Origin: Patescibacteria group bacterium
GTDB lineage: Bacteria > Patescibacteriota > Patescibacteriia > UBA9570
Direction: 5' to 3'
NCBI GenBank assembly: GCA_024277435.1
Contig: JAJRVJ010000028.1
Span: 97,300 to 161,299 of the forward strand
DNA length: 64,000 nucleotides
Within the stretch, counting starts at the first letter, position 1. Each line of letters begins with the position of its first letter. Positions 30,988-42,136 of this stretch are shown one piece after another. The position numbers and the translations under genes are program-made. Under the pieces are notes generated by a model. It was not told the DNA's origin. It worked only from the letters and a program-made list of their open reading frames with translations, and searched no databases.

Positions 30988-31014
30988 AAAAGTCCCCATT
31001 CGGGGGCTTTTGTG
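30988..31014 (+). terminator. intrinsic terminator agtcccc-att-cgggggct followed by TTTTG
   Basis: GC hairpin followed by T-tract after stop 30960. Confidence 0.55.
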
Positions 31015-31062
31015 TTATTTTGCAGTAAAACGCCCTGGAGGCCAAAAAGTCTAAAGGGGACT

Positions 31063-31120
31063 TTACATACCCAACGCAATCTAGTATCATACAGCAGCCT
31101 TTTACGAAAGGCATTTTTTA
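31063..31120 (+). promoter_or_regulatory. promoter-like TTTACA-16-TATCAT followed immediately by a hairpin (gccttt-tacg-aaaggc) and a T-run, 30 nt upstream of the fusA start
   Basis: Hexamers 31063-68 and 31085-90. Hairpin 31097-31112 followed by TTTTTT. Confidence 0.35.
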
Positions 31121-31150
31121 ACGCTTAAACTATTAATTTCATCGCCCGCT

Positions 31151-33304
31151 ATGGCTAATGCAGAATTTAACTTAAAGAACGTCCGTAATATCGGAATTAT
31201 TGCTCACATTGATGCTGGTAAAACAACGGTGACTGAACGCATTTTATTTTACACTGGTAAGAAGCATAAAATCGGTGAAGTACATGAAGGTGAAGCGGAA
31301 ATGGATTGGATGGAACAAGAGCAGGAGCGTGGTATTACTATTACGTCCGCTGCGACAACATGTTTTTGGCCAATCGCAGAATTTCTTGGTGGAGGAGAGG
31401 CATGGATTAATATTATTGATACTCCTGGTCACGTAGACTTTACTGCTGAAGTAGAACGTTCGTTACGCGTGCTTGATGGTGCTGTAACTGTATTTGATGG
31501 AGTAGCTGGTGTAGAGCCACAATCTGAAACGGTATGGCATCAGGCCGATAAATATAAAGTTCCACGCATGTGTTTTATTAATAAGCTAGATCGTACCGGA
31601 GCCGATTTTTATAAGGATCTTGATTCTATTCATGAGCGCTTAACAAAAAAAGCGCATCCAATTCAATTACCAATTGGTGCGGAAGAGAATTTTCAAGGTG
31701 TAATTGATCTTATTGAAATGAAAGCGATCATCTTTAAGGATGACCTTGGTAAAGATATTGAAATTACCGAAAATATTCCAGAGGATATGAAGGAATTGGT
31801 TAAAAAGTATCGTTCACAATTAATCGAAGCTGTTGTAGAGCAGGATGAAGATGTGATGAATGCATATCTTGAAGGTAATGAGCCAAGCACTGAAGATATA
31901 AAGAAGATATTACGTAAAGCAACGATTGCTACTGAATTGATTCCTGTACTCTGTGGTACTGCGTTGAAGAATAAAGGAGTGCAGCTACTATTGGATGCTG
32001 TTACAGCATACTTACCATCTCCACTTGATGTTCCGCAACTTGTTGGTCATGATTATGATGATGAAGAGAAAGAAATAGTGATGAAGCCAGATGCGACAGA
32101 GCCGTTAGCTGCCTTAGCTTTTAAAGTAGCTACCGATCCTTTTGTTGGTCGATTGATTTTTATTCGTGTATATTCCGGTACCCTAAAATCTGGTTCCTAT
32201 GTATTTAACACTACCAGTGGAAAGAAAGAACGTATTTCACGTATTCTTCGTATGCATGCAAATGAGCGTGAAGATATTCAAGAAATTAAGGCTGGCGACA
32301 TTGCTGCTGTGGTTGGTTTAAAAGAAACTGTTACGGCAGATACACTATGCGATCCTGATAACAAGGTAGTTCTTGAGAAAATTGTATTTCCTGAACCAGT
32401 AATTTCTATTGCCATTGAGCCTAAAACAAAAGGTGATCAAGAAAAGATGGGCATGGCCTTGCAAAAACTTGGTGAGGAAGATCCTACATTCCGTGTAGAA
32501 TCTAACGAGGAAACAGGCCAAACTATTATTTCTGGAATGGGCGAACTTCATTTAGAAATTCTTGTAGAACGCATGAAGCGTGAGTTTAATGTTGAAGCGA
32601 ACGTTGGTAAGCCGCAAGTTGCGTATAAAGAAACTATTACCAAAGAAGCAAATGGTGAAGGTAAGTTTGTTAAGCAATCTGGTGGACGTGGTCAGTATGG
32701 TCATTGTCTATTAACTGTTGAGCCGCTTACGGAAGAGGATAAAGGGGATGACGCAGATATGAACTTTAAGTTTGAAGATAAAGTTAAGGGTGGTCGTATT
32801 CCTAAAGAATATATTGGGCCAATTGAAAAGGGTGTTAAAGAAACTATGGATAAAGGTGTATTAGCTGGATACCCATTATTAAATGTAAAAACAACTGTTA
32901 CCGATGGTAGTTACCATGATGTGGATTCGTCTGAAGTTGCCTTTAAGATGGCTGGTTCAATGGCGTTTCGAGATGCTACTAAGAAAGCTGGTGCAGTAAT
33001 TCTTGAGCCAACAATGAAAGTAACTATTGTTACCCCAGAAGATTACATGGGTGATGTAATTGGTGATATTAATTCTAAACGTGGTCAAGTATTAGAGATG
33101 ACCGATCAGAATCAAATGAAACTCGTGGATGCACATATTCCACTTGGAGAAATGTTTGGTTACGCAACGCAGTTACGTTCTATGACACAAGGTCGCGCTT
33201 CATATAGTATGATCTTTGAAAAATATTCAGAAGTTCCACATAACGTAGCTGAAGAGCTTATGAGTAAGTATACAAATACAGGTACCGAAGAAGACGAAGC
33301 GTAA
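31151..33304 (+). CDS. fusA: elongation factor G
   Basis: 717 aa. Motifs [22 protein letters not shown] and full EF-G domain set. Confidence 0.95.
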   Translation: MANAEFNLKNVRNIGIIAHIDAGKTTVTERILFYTGKKHKIGEVHEGEAEMDWMEQEQERGITITSAATTCFWPIAEFLGGGEAWINIIDTPGHVDFTAEVERSLRVLDGAVTVFDGVAGVEPQSETVWHQADKYKVPRMCFINKLDRTGADFYKDLDSIHERLTKKAHPIQLPIGAEENFQGVIDLIEMKAIIFKDDLGKDIEITENIPEDMKELVKKYRSQLIEAVVEQDEDVMNAYLEGNEPSTEDIKKILRKATIATELIPVLCGTALKNKGVQLLLDAVTAYLPSPLDVPQLVGHDYDDEEKEIVMKPDATEPLAALAFKVATDPFVGRLIFIRVYSGTLKSGSYVFNTTSGKKERISRILRMHANEREDIQEIKAGDIAAVVGLKETVTADTLCDPDNKVVLEKIVFPEPVISIAIEPKTKGDQEKMGMALQKLGEEDPTFRVESNEETGQTIISGMGELHLEILVERMKREFNVEANVGKPQVAYKETITKEANGEGKFVKQSGGRGQYGHCLLTVEPLTEEDKGDDADMNFKFEDKVKGGRIPKEYIGPIEKGVKETMDKGVLAGYPLLNVKTTVTDGSYHDVDSSEVAFKMAGSMAFRDATKKAGAVILEPTMKVTIVTPEDYMGDVIGDINSKRGQVLEMTDQNQMKLVDAHIPLGEMFGYATQLRSMTQGRASYSMIFEKYSEVPHNVAEELMSKYTNTGTEEDEA

Positions 33305-33324
33305 ATTCATATCAGCTGAACAGT

Positions 33325-33356
33325 AAATCCTCCTCTTAAATGAGGGGGATTTTTGT
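33325..33356 (+). terminator. intrinsic terminator aatcctcctc-ttaaat-gagggggatt followed by TTTTG
   Basis: Hairpin followed by T-run, directly after the fusA stop. Confidence 0.6.
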
Positions 33357-33614
33357 TATACTGTATCTATGATTTTTTGGTCACGATATGTTCATTCATT
33401 TGAAAAAACTGCTAACAAGTTTTTTAAATCGGTTCGTTCAAATACACATCAAGTAAAAGTGCACCAGCAGTTAGCAGCGTTAATGCAGCAAGATGTTATT
33501 ATAGTGAACTTATGGATGGAGAAGCGCTTTAAAAATTAGACAAATCTCACAAAGAAACATCGTAAGCAACTTTATGCTAACGCAATTCTTATTGGTCAGG
33601 CATTCGATATATTC

Positions 33615-34559
33615 TTGCAAACATATCAGCCGGCTTCACAGGCAACTCCACAATTACAGTACATGTCAGCTATTATGGAGTTCTTAAAACCTGGTGGTCG
33701 TTACCAATATATAAAAACGGCTAGCTTCGCTCGGTTATTGCGTGATCCGCAAAGCACTGTACTGGAAGGGGATTGCAATCAAATTGTTACGCTGTACGCA
33801 TATCTCTATTCTCGTCAGCATCCAATTACTGATTTACAAATTAAAATTTTACCGGAGCATGTTTGTTTGCATTTGCAGGGAGTAGATATTGAAGCCACTA
33901 ATGGTACATTTCAGCGTTATGCTGAACATACGGTGATTGCTCCAATCACCGAGTTATTAGCAGTAAACTTGCTTGATATTTCTGATTTTCGAGAAATGAC
34001 GGCAGAAATTTCTGAAAAAAGTATTCTAGAAAGTGCTAAGTTAGCATATGTATTAAGTAGTAATAGAGCACTGGTAGAACGTAACTTAGTTATTGCATAT
34101 CACAATTTGGCAATTGCCATGGTTAATCAAAAGAATTTTCAGTCAGCACTATTTTATGCCAAGCGTGCTAACAATAAGCAGGTATTAGAATATGTACATA
34201 ATACAGCTGCACAATCATATGTTCAGCAAAAGAATTTTTCTAAAGCACAGTATCATGCAAATCAACTCGGAAACAAATCTATGCAGCAATATGTGGATAT
34301 TAGCGAAGGAATGAATCACTTAGTCAATAAGCGTTACGATAAGGCACGGTTCAAGTTTCAAAAATATGGTGATAGTAGTCGTATTAAGATTGCATATCAG
34401 CAGGAATATAATGATCTAGTAAAAACTACGCAATCATACAAAACACTAGAGCAAATGAAGAAGCACAAGTCTACGTATCGAAAAATATTACAGCTATCTA
34501 ATAAAGCCGGGTTAGGGGAGCAAGAACGACAGATCAGGAATATGCTAAATCAGATATAA
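33615..34559 (+). CDS. hypothetical protein (314 aa) with TPR-like helical repeats, inserted between fusA and tuf
   Basis: ORF with host-like codon usage and repetitive N/Q/Y-rich helical segments (NFQSALFYAKRANN..., NFSKAQYHANQLGN...). TTG start is uncertain; alternative ATG at 33660. Confidence 0.5.
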   Translation: MQTYQPASQATPQLQYMSAIMEFLKPGGRYQYIKTASFARLLRDPQSTVLEGDCNQIVTLYAYLYSRQHPITDLQIKILPEHVCLHLQGVDIEATNGTFQRYAEHTVIAPITELLAVNLLDISDFREMTAEISEKSILESAKLAYVLSSNRALVERNLVIAYHNLAIAMVNQKNFQSALFYAKRANNKQVLEYVHNTAAQSYVQQKNFSKAQYHANQLGNKSMQQYVDISEGMNHLVNKRYDKARFKFQKYGDSSRIKIAYQQEYNDLVKTTQSYKTLEQMKKHKSTYRKILQLSNKAGLGEQERQIRNMLNQI

Positions 34560-34645
34560 ATACATATTAAGCAATATTTATATTAAAAAGTCAATTATAT
34601 TCATATATTCTGATACTTATCCACAGTATGTTCATTGAGCCTGCC

Positions 34646-34673
34646 TTTACAGGGTAAAAAATGCTGTTATAAT
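34646..34673 (+). promoter_or_regulatory. sigma70 promoter TTTACA-16-TATAAT (extended -10 TGcTGTTATAAT) for tuf
   Basis: Near-consensus elements 115 nt upstream of tuf. Confidence 0.55.
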
Positions 34674-34786
34674 AACTCGGCTGTCGTAATTACGTACGGC
34701 TATTACATGCGTTTAGATACCATATTTACAGGATAAAATACATTTATAATTTACATTTAGAAACTAAATTAACATAAGCAAATTCT

Positions 34787-35977
34787 ATGGCAGATACATT
34801 TGATCGCTCTAAACCACATTTGAACGTAGGAACCCTGGGTCACGTTGATCACGGTAAAACTACTACTACTGCTGCTATTCTTTCAGTTCTAGCCGCAAAG
34901 GGTGGTACAGCACAAGATAAAACAGTAGATCAAATTGATAACGCTCCTGAAGAAAAGGAACGTGGTATTACGATTAATACATCTCATGTTGAGTATGAAA
35001 CTGACAACCGTCACTATGCTCATATTGACTGTCCTGGACATGCTGACTACATCAAGAACATGATTACTGGTGCCGCTCAAATGGACGGTGCTATTCTAGT
35101 TGTATCTGCTTCTGATGGCCCTATGCCACAAACTCGTGAGCATATCTTACTTGCGCGCCAAGTTGGAGTACCTGCTTTCGTAGTATTCTTGAATAAAGTA
35201 GATCAAGTTGAAGATGAAGAACTTCTAATGCTTGTTGAAGAAGAAATTAAAGATCTTCTAAAGAAGTATGATTTTGATGGTGATAATACACCAATTATTC
35301 GTGGTTCCGCTCTAAAGGCTGTTGAAAATCCAGGGGATGAAGCAGCTGCTAAACCAATTATGGATCTATTAGCTGCACTTGATGAACATATTCCAGAGCC
35401 AACTCGTCCAGTAGATGAGGATTTCCTAATGGCTATTGAAGATGTAATGTCTATTGAAGGTCGTGGTACTGTAGTAACTGGACGTATCGAAACTGGTATC
35501 GCTAAAGTTGGTGAAGAGGTTGAGTTAGTAGGTATTAAAGATACTACTAAAACAACTATTACTGGAATTGAAATGTTTAACAAAACATTAGACGAAGGTC
35601 GCGCTGGTGATAATGCTGGTATCCTACTTCGTGGTACAAAGAAAGAAGAAGTACAACGCGGTCAAGTTCTTGCTAAGCCAGGATCAGTAACCCCTCACAC
35701 AGAAATTGAAGCTGAAGTATATGTTCTATCAAAAGAAGAGGGTGGTCGTCACAAACCATTCATGACTGGTTATAAGCCTCAGTTCTACATGCGTACTACT
35801 GATGTAACTGGTGATGTAACTCTTCCTGAAGGAACTGAAATGGCTATGCCCGGTGATACATTAAACGTAATAATCAAATTGATCGTACCTGTAGCTATGA
35901 CTGAAAAGCAAACCTTCTCAATTCGTGAAGGTGGTAAAACTGTAGGAGCTGGAGTAGTTACTAAGATTATCAAATAA
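34787..35977 (+). CDS. tuf: elongation factor Tu
   Basis: 396 aa. Motifs [21 protein letters not shown]. Confidence 0.97.
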   Translation: MADTFDRSKPHLNVGTLGHVDHGKTTTTAAILSVLAAKGGTAQDKTVDQIDNAPEEKERGITINTSHVEYETDNRHYAHIDCPGHADYIKNMITGAAQMDGAILVVSASDGPMPQTREHILLARQVGVPAFVVFLNKVDQVEDEELLMLVEEEIKDLLKKYDFDGDNTPIIRGSALKAVENPGDEAAAKPIMDLLAALDEHIPEPTRPVDEDFLMAIEDVMSIEGRGTVVTGRIETGIAKVGEEVELVGIKDTTKTTITGIEMFNKTLDEGRAGDNAGILLRGTKKEEVQRGQVLAKPGSVTPHTEIEAEVYVLSKEEGGRHKPFMTGYKPQFYMRTTDVTGDVTLPEGTEMAMPGDTLNVIIKLIVPVAMTEKQTFSIREGGKTVGAGVVTKIIK

Positions 35978-36004
35978 AGAGGAATGCAATAGTATTCGAT
36001 AATA

Positions 36005-36349
36005 ATGTCTGAAACAAAAACTACAAATAAATCTGACGAAGAAGTTGAGCAACGAATACGCGTTAAAATACGTGCATACGATAGTAAGATCATTGATCAG
36101 TCTAGTAAAACTATTATTGAAACCGCACAGCGGACTGGGGCCAAAGTACGTGGTCCTATTCCGCTGCCAACGGAGAAAAACCGTTATACCGTACTAAGGT
36201 CAACGTTCGTAAATAAGACAGCACGTGATCAATATGAAATTCGCGTTCACAAACGTCTTATCGATATCTATAGTCCAACAGCAAAGACAATCGATGAGTT
36301 ATCTCATCTAAACTTGCCAGCTGGCGTGGATGTAGAAATCAAAATGTAG
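36005..36349 (+). CDS. rpsJ: 30S ribosomal protein S10
   Basis: 114 aa. [16 protein letters not shown] ... [14 protein letters not shown]. Confidence 0.93.
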   Translation: MSETKTTNKSDEEVEQRIRVKIRAYDSKIIDQSSKTIIETAQRTGAKVRGPIPLPTEKNRYTVLRSTFVNKTARDQYEIRVHKRLIDIYSPTAKTIDELSHLNLPAGVDVEIKM

Positions 36350-36524
36350 TAGAGCCTTCAAAACAAAAAGGAAAAAATAACAATCTAATATCCACCGCTA
36401 TATTATGTAGCCAGATGATGATCTCGACAGAGATATCTATCAGGAGACAGGTAGAGTGACAGGAGAATCCAATATTAATCAAACTCAACTCATGCAAATC
36501 GGCTAATCCCAATCGGGAAAGAGC

Positions 36525-36572
36525 TGTGATGTATCCACGCCAATATGCGTGGTTTGGGTGCATCACAGTTTT
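36525..36572 (+). promoter_or_regulatory. nested hairpin (gtgatg[ccacgc-caatat-gcgtgg]...catcac) followed by a T5 run in the 232-nt rpsJ-rplC spacer; candidate attenuator or autoregulatory leader
   Basis: Outer 6-bp and inner 6-bp stems followed by TTTTT, 10 nt upstream of the rplC ATG. Spacers of this length are unusual inside the S10 operon. Confidence 0.4.
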
Positions 36573-36581
36573 TATATAGAT

Positions 36582-37193
36582 ATGAAAAAAGCAATTATAG
36601 GAAAAAAATCAATCATGACACAAGTGTACACCGATAATGGTGTAGCTGTTCCTGTTACTGTATTAAAAGCAGGTCCTTGTGTTGTAACACAAGTAAAGAC
36701 TGTAGATGGTGAAGGGTATCGGTCATTTCAAATTGGATACGGAACGAAGAAGGAAAAGAATATGACAAAGCCAGAAAAGGGACATCTCAAAGGTAATGGA
36801 AATTTTGCAATACTAAGAGAGTTCCGTTTCGATGAAGAAGTTTCTCATGAGGTTGGACAACAACTAAATGTAGATCAATTCGAAGTTGGAGAAAAAGTTA
36901 AGGTAACCGGCACAAGCAAGGGTAAGGGTTTTCAGGGTGTTGTTAAACGACATGGCTTTTCTGGAGCGCCTGCATCACATGGTCATAAGGATCAACAGCG
37001 CATGCCTGGCTCAATTGGAGCAACTGGTCCACAAAAAGTATTTAAAGGTACAAAGATGGGTGGTCAAATGGGTAATGTTCGAAGTACAGTTACTAATCTC
37101 GAAGTAGTGAAGGTTGATACTGAAAATAATGAAATTTATGTAAAAGGCGCTGTACCTGGAGCACGTAATTCATATATCTATATTTCTGCATAA
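36582..37193 (+). CDS. rplC: 50S ribosomal protein L3
   Basis: MKKAIIGKKSIMTQVYTDNG start. Motifs GKGFQGVVKRHGF, KMGGQMG. Confidence 0.92.
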   Translation: MKKAIIGKKSIMTQVYTDNGVAVPVTVLKAGPCVVTQVKTVDGEGYRSFQIGYGTKKEKNMTKPEKGHLKGNGNFAILREFRFDEEVSHEVGQQLNVDQFEVGEKVKVTGTSKGKGFQGVVKRHGFSGAPASHGHKDQQRMPGSIGATGPQKVFKGTKMGGQMGNVRSTVTNLEVVKVDTENNEIYVKGAVPGARNSYIYISA

Positions 37194-37198
37194 CACAT

Positions 37199-37831
37199 AT
37201 GTCTAAAGTAAAAGTATACAACATGACAGGTGCCGCAGTAGGGGAGCAAGAGCTCAACGATGCAGTATTTTCTGTTCCTGTAAAAGAAGATGTAGTACAT
37301 CAAGTAATGGTTGCTCAGCAAGCGAATAGTCGTCAGGTTGTTGCCCATACTAAAACACGTGGCGAAGTACGCGGTGGTGGAAGAAAGCCTCATCGTCAAA
37401 AGGGAACGGGTCGCGCACGCGCCGGTTCTATTCGATCACCATTGTGGCGTGGCGGTGGAGTAGTATTTGGTCCACGTAAAGATCGTAACTATACAAAGCA
37501 AGTGAATAGAAAAATGAAGCAGTCTGCTTTGCGCATGGTGCTATCTGATAAGGTTGCAAATGATCACCTTGTAGTTGTTGATGAATGGGCTGTTGCTGAG
37601 GGTAAAACAACAAACTTGAAGGCTAGCTTACAGAAGCTTCCTTCAGCTGATAGTAAAGTGTTGATTAGCTTAGCTAAAAAGAATGATGACTTAGTAAAAG
37701 CTGCTAGCAATTTGATGAATACTAATTATATTGCTGCTGATAGTTTAAATGTTGTTGATTTATTGAAAAATGATTATGTTGTTCTAGATAAAGCTGCTAT
37801 TGAATTAATAAATGAGCGTTTAGCGAAATAG
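37199..37831 (+). CDS. rplD: 50S ribosomal protein L4
   Basis: 210 aa, L4 core (THTKTRGEVRGGGRKPHRQKGTGRAR). Confidence 0.92.
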   Translation: MSKVKVYNMTGAAVGEQELNDAVFSVPVKEDVVHQVMVAQQANSRQVVAHTKTRGEVRGGGRKPHRQKGTGRARAGSIRSPLWRGGGVVFGPRKDRNYTKQVNRKMKQSALRMVLSDKVANDHLVVVDEWAVAEGKTTNLKASLQKLPSADSKVLISLAKKNDDLVKAASNLMNTNYIAADSLNVVDLLKNDYVVLDKAAIELINERLAK

Positions 37832-37835
37832 TTGT

Positions 37836-38261
37836 ATGGGAATTATTGATAAGTTAAAAAAAACACCAAATAAAGATAGGGATGGAAAAGATGTAGCTGT
37901 AGATAAAAAGGTGGCTAAAAAATCTGAAAAGAAGGCAGATAAGAAATCTGCAAAGAAAACTGATGTGAAACCAGCAACTGTTGCACGAGCGAACGCTGAA
38001 AAAATTCTTTTACAACCAATTATTACAGAGAAGTCTACAATGTCAGGAACGTACCAGTTCATGGTTGCAACAGACACAAATAAAAACGAAGTTGCAAAGG
38101 CATTTTCTGCAGTGTATGAAAAAACACCGCGCAAAGTAAACATTGTAAACGTTAAAGGTAAAAGTATGCGTACTGGAGTAATTCGTGGAAAGCGCAAAAA
38201 TTGGAAGAAGGCAGTAATTTATTTAAACAAAGGTGAAACAATTGATCTCTACGCTGAATAA
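37836..38261 (+). CDS. rplW: 50S ribosomal protein L23 with an N-terminal Lys-rich extension of about 45 aa
   Basis: L23 core ILLQPIITEKS...VAKAFSAVYE. N-terminus KK.EKKADKKSAKK. Confidence 0.9.
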   Translation: MGIIDKLKKTPNKDRDGKDVAVDKKVAKKSEKKADKKSAKKTDVKPATVARANAEKILLQPIITEKSTMSGTYQFMVATDTNKNEVAKAFSAVYEKTPRKVNIVNVKGKSMRTGVIRGKRKNWKKAVIYLNKGETIDLYAE

Positions 38262-38266
38262 GAATT

Positions 38267-39109
38267 ATGGGAGTTAAAGTATATAAACCAACTACACCAG
38301 GACGACGCAAATCTAGCGTTGATGATTTTGCTGATATTACAAAGTCTCATCCAGAGAAGCGTCTTACGAGTCCTATTAAACGTAAGGGGGGTCGTAATAA
38401 CCAAGGTAAAATTACCGTACGTCATCGTGGTGGTGGAGCAAAACGTCGATATCGTAATATCGATTTTAAGCGTGAGCGATTTGATGTTGAGGCAACTGTT
38501 GAAGCGATTGAATATGATCCAAACCGAAATGCTCGTATCGCATTAATTTCATACACTGATGGTGAAAAATCATATATTATTGCACCTCACCAATTGAAAG
38601 TAGGCGACAAAGTTGTATCTTCACAATCGAAGGTAGAAATCCAACTTGGTAATCGTATGCCAATCGGAAATATTCCAGCTGGAATTATGGTGTACAATTT
38701 AGAATTAGCTCCTGGTAAAGGTGGTACTGTAGCTCGATCTGCTGGTAATGGTATTATGGTGCAATCCAAAGAAGGGGAGTTCGTACAAGTTAAAATGCCA
38801 TCTAGCGAAATTCGAGTGTTTAATGTAAATTGTTTAGCAACTGTTGGTCAGGTGAGTAATCCAGAGTATCGCGGTATCCGTTGGGGTAAGGCTGGTCGTA
38901 TGCGTCACCGTGGTTTTCGTCCAACTGTACGTGGTAAAGCCATGAACCCTGTTGATCATCCTCATGGCGGTGGTGAAGGTAGTCAACCAATTGGTTTAAA
39001 GCATCCAAAGACTCCGCAAGGTAAACCAGCATTGGGTGTAAAGACACGTAAGGCACATAAGGCATCAAACAATTTTATAGTTAATCGACGTAATAAAAAG
39101 AAACGTTAA
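38267..39109 (+). CDS. rplB: 50S ribosomal protein L2
   Basis: 280 aa. Motifs GRNNQGKITVRHRGGG, HPHGGGEG. Confidence 0.95.
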   Translation: MGVKVYKPTTPGRRKSSVDDFADITKSHPEKRLTSPIKRKGGRNNQGKITVRHRGGGAKRRYRNIDFKRERFDVEATVEAIEYDPNRNARIALISYTDGEKSYIIAPHQLKVGDKVVSSQSKVEIQLGNRMPIGNIPAGIMVYNLELAPGKGGTVARSAGNGIMVQSKEGEFVQVKMPSSEIRVFNVNCLATVGQVSNPEYRGIRWGKAGRMRHRGFRPTVRGKAMNPVDHPHGGGEGSQPIGLKHPKTPQGKPALGVKTRKAHKASNNFIVNRRNKKKR

Positions 39110-39118
39110 TAAACGATT

Positions 39119-39397
39119 ATGGGTAGAAGTTTAAAAAAAGGTGCATTTGTACATCCGAGTTTAATGAAAAAGGTTCAGGCGGCTCAAAAAGGTGATAAAA
39201 ATGCAATTAAAACTTGGTCACGAGCGTCAACTATTATTCCTGAAATGGTAGGTCTTCGATTTAACGTACATAATGGTCGTCAATTTATTGAAGTACTAGT
39301 TACAGAAACAATGGTAGGCCATCGTTTAGGAGAGTTTGCACCAACCCGTAAATTTAAAGGGCATGGTGGAAAAATGGCTAAAGAACAAGCAAGCTAA
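39119..39397 (+). CDS. rpsS: 30S ribosomal protein S19
   Basis: 92 aa. Motifs GRSLKKG, NGRQF, GHRLGEF. Confidence 0.95.
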   Translation: MGRSLKKGAFVHPSLMKKVQAAQKGDKNAIKTWSRASTIIPEMVGLRFNVHNGRQFIEVLVTETMVGHRLGEFAPTRKFKGHGGKMAKEQAS

Positions 39398-39406
39398 TAT
39401 ACGATT

Positions 39407-39964
39407 ATGGAAGTAAAAGTACACTTAAGAAAACTCCGCATCTCTCCTCGTAAAGTCCGTTTGGTCGCTAATGTTGTTCGTGGTTTAGAGATTGCACCAG
39501 CAGAATTACAGCTACAGTACTCCTCTAAGCAGGCTGCTAAGCCAGTATTAAAGTTATTGCGTTCAGCAGCAGCAAATGCAGAGCATAACTACAAGCTGAA
39601 TCGTGACGATCTGTTTATCAAATCTATTGAAGTAAATGATGGTCGCACATTACGTCGTTGGAAACCACGAGCAATGGGTAGAGCTACTATTATTCGTAAA
39701 CGTTCATCTCATATTACTCTAGTTCTTGATGTAAAAGATTCTGCTAAGCAAGCAGCACAAGTTAAATCTGCTGCTAAAAAGATTGATAAAAAAACCACAG
39801 TAAAAGCTGATGATAAAAAAACAGCAGTAAAGAAAGTAGAAGGCAAGAAGGTTGAGAAGAAAGCGCCTGCTAAAAAAACCACTGCTAAGAAGCGGGAAAA
39901 AACTGAAGAAAAGAAGTCGGTGGCAAAGAAAGAAGTTAAAAAATCTGATTCAAAAAAAGATTAA
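39407..39964 (+). CDS. rplV: 50S ribosomal protein L22 with a C-terminal Lys/Ala-rich tail of about 70 aa
   Basis: L22 core followed by AKKIDKKTTVKADDKKTAVKKVEGKK repeats. Confidence 0.9.
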   Translation: MEVKVHLRKLRISPRKVRLVANVVRGLEIAPAELQLQYSSKQAAKPVLKLLRSAAANAEHNYKLNRDDLFIKSIEVNDGRTLRRWKPRAMGRATIIRKRSSHITLVLDVKDSAKQAAQVKSAAKKIDKKTTVKADDKKTAVKKVEGKKVEKKAPAKKTTAKKREKTEEKKSVAKKEVKKSDSKKD

Positions 39965-39978
39965 ATACCTGAACACTC

Positions 39979-40812
39979 ATGGGAAAGAAGATTAATCCAA
40001 TTATATTACGAATGGGAATCACGACGTCACCAACGTCGAAGTGGTTTGTAAGTAAACGACAATTTGCAAGTTATTTGCAAAGTGATATTCAATTACGTAA
40101 AGCATTAAAGATTAAGTTAAAAGATGGTGGTGTATCTAGAATTGAGGTTCATCGATCTGCTGGAAAAATCAAATTTGTTATTTATACTTCTAAACCCGGT
40201 GTTATTATTGGTCGCAGTGGATCTGGTATTGAAGAAATTAAGAGGGTTATTAAAAAAGATTTCTTTGGATCTGAGAAAATTGATATTAAAATTGAGATTG
40301 AAGAAGTGCGTAATCCAGATATGGATGCAGCACTTGTTGTGCAAAACGTTATTTATCAATTGGAAAAACGTGTTCCTTTCCGACGCGCAATGAAGCGCGC
40401 TATTGAATCAGTTACTCAAGCAGGAGCTGCTGGAGTAAAAATTCAATGCGCAGGACGTTTAAATGGTGTAGAAATTGCTCGTACTGAAACTCTTGTTGAA
40501 GGATCAATTCCAACTCATACACTGCGTGCTAATATTGATTATTCACGTGATGCAGCACAAACTATCTATGGTAAAATTGGTATAAAAGTATGGATTTATA
40601 AAGGACAGGTATTTGCCGATCAGGAAAAAGAAGAAGCTGAAAAATCACAGAAAAAAATGCGTGGTAATCGTAAACGATCTAGTGGTAAAAAAAAGCAGCA
40701 TGCTACAAAATCAAAGACACGTAAAAAGCGCACAATTGTTAAAGGTGGTACGAAAAAAGAAACTGTTGCAAAGGACGTTAAAGATAAAAAAGATCAATCA
40801 GAAAGTAAATAA
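39979..40812 (+). CDS. rpsC: 30S ribosomal protein S3 with a C-terminal Lys-rich tail
   Basis: MGKKINPI start, KH domain, C-terminal KKMRGNRKRSSGKKKQH. Confidence 0.93.
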   Translation: MGKKINPIILRMGITTSPTSKWFVSKRQFASYLQSDIQLRKALKIKLKDGGVSRIEVHRSAGKIKFVIYTSKPGVIIGRSGSGIEEIKRVIKKDFFGSEKIDIKIEIEEVRNPDMDAALVVQNVIYQLEKRVPFRRAMKRAIESVTQAGAAGVKIQCAGRLNGVEIARTETLVEGSIPTHTLRANIDYSRDAAQTIYGKIGIKVWIYKGQVFADQEKEEAEKSQKKMRGNRKRSSGKKKQHATKSKTRKKRTIVKGGTKKETVAKDVKDKKDQSESK

Positions 40813-40825
40813 TTAGTAGAATTGT

Positions 40826-41236
40826 ATGTTAACTCCACGTAAATTAAAACATCGTAAATGGCATCGAGCTCGTGTAAAGGGGAAAGCTACCCAGCGCACA
40901 AATGTTAATTTTGGTGATTATGGATTGAAGGCAACTACCGGCGCATGGATTACTGCTCGCCAAATTGAAGCAGCTCGTCGTGCAATGACTCGTTTTGTAC
41001 AACGTGGTGGTAAGATTTGGATTCGCATTTTTCCACATAATCCAGTTACGCTAAAAGGTGGTGAAATTCGCATGGGTGGGGGTAAAGGTGCCGTGGATCA
41101 CTTTATTGCTGAAGTAAAGCCAGGAACTATATTGTTTGAGATTGGTGGCGTTGAAGAGAGATTAGCTCGTGAAGCGATGCGTTTAGCAGCACATAAGCTA
41201 CCGGTAAAAACCAAGTTTATTAAGAAAGATAATTAA
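40826..41236 (+). CDS. rplP: 50S ribosomal protein L16
   Basis: 136 aa. Motifs [18 protein letters not shown]. Confidence 0.95.
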   Translation: MLTPRKLKHRKWHRARVKGKATQRTNVNFGDYGLKATTGAWITARQIEAARRAMTRFVQRGGKIWIRIFPHNPVTLKGGEIRMGGGKGAVDHFIAEVKPGTILFEIGGVEERLAREAMRLAAHKLPVKTKFIKKDN

Positions 41237-41265
41237 CGCACGTCTGTTGACAGGTTATTAATAAT

Positions 41266-41466
41266 ATGAAATATTCAGAACTCGAACGAAAATCACCATC
41301 CGAATTACAGAAGTTTTTATTAGAAACTCGTAATGAGATTCAGAGTGTACGATTCGGTATTAGTAGTGGTCAAGAGAAGAATGTACGTAAATTACGTAAA
41401 TTAAAAAAACAGCAAGCTCAAATCGTTACACTATTAAATAACCCAGCTAAACAAGTTGCTAACTAG
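41266..41466 (+). CDS. rpmC: 50S ribosomal protein L29
   Basis: 66 aa helical protein in the conserved position between L16 and S17. Confidence 0.85.
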   Translation: MKYSELERKSPSELQKFLLETRNEIQSVRFGISSGQEKNVRKLRKLKKQQAQIVTLLNNPAKQVAN

Positions 41467-41468
41467 TT

Positions 41469-41759
41469 ATGACTGATACGAAGAACACAACCAAAGATAC
41501 AGACGTAATGAAGCGTACCTTCGAGGGTATTGTGGTATCTGCAAAGGGTGATAAAACTATTGTTGTAAAGGTAGATCGTGTACGAATTCATAGATTATAT
41601 AAAAAACGCTATACAGTAAGTAAACGGTATCAAGTACATGATGAGCGTAATGAGTTTAAAGAAGGTGATGCTGTGCAATTTATTGAATGTCGGCCAATTA
41701 GTAAGCACAAGAAGTGGCGCGTAGTATATAGTAAAACTACTAATGTAGAAAAGAACTAG
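41469..41759 (+). CDS. rpsQ: 30S ribosomal protein S17
   Basis: 96 aa with [18 protein letters not shown]. Confidence 0.92.
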   Translation: MTDTKNTTKDTDVMKRTFEGIVVSAKGDKTIVVKVDRVRIHRLYKKRYTVSKRYQVHDERNEFKEGDAVQFIECRPISKHKKWRVVYSKTTNVEKN

Positions 41760-41760
41760 T

Positions 41761-42132
41761 ATGATTCAAGTAGAAAGTCGATTAAAAGTAGCAGATAATA
41801 GCGGAGCCAAAGAAGTGCTGTGTATTCGTGTTCTCGGTGGTTATAGAAAACGCTATGCTCGAGTTGGTGATATTATCACTGTTACTATCAAGCAAGCTCA
41901 GCCACATACGCAAATGAAGAAAGGTGAAGTTGTTCATGCTGTAGTTGTGCGAACAAAGAAAGAGTATCGTCGAAAAGATGGTTCGTATATCCGTTTTGAT
42001 GAAAATGCTTGTGTAATTATTGATAAGAACAATAAGGAGCCAAAGGGGACTCGTATTTTTGGACCAATCCCACGTGAGATTAAAGCCAAAGGATTTAATA
42101 AAATTGCCTCATTAGCACCAGAAGTATTATAA
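41761..42132 (+). CDS. rplN: 50S ribosomal protein L14
   Basis: [17 protein letters not shown]. Confidence 0.95.
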   Translation: MIQVESRLKVADNSGAKEVLCIRVLGGYRKRYARVGDIITVTIKQAQPHTQMKKGEVVHAVVVRTKKEYRRKDGSYIRFDENACVIIDKNNKEPKGTRIFGPIPREIKAKGFNKIASLAPEVL

Positions 42133-42136
42133 GATT

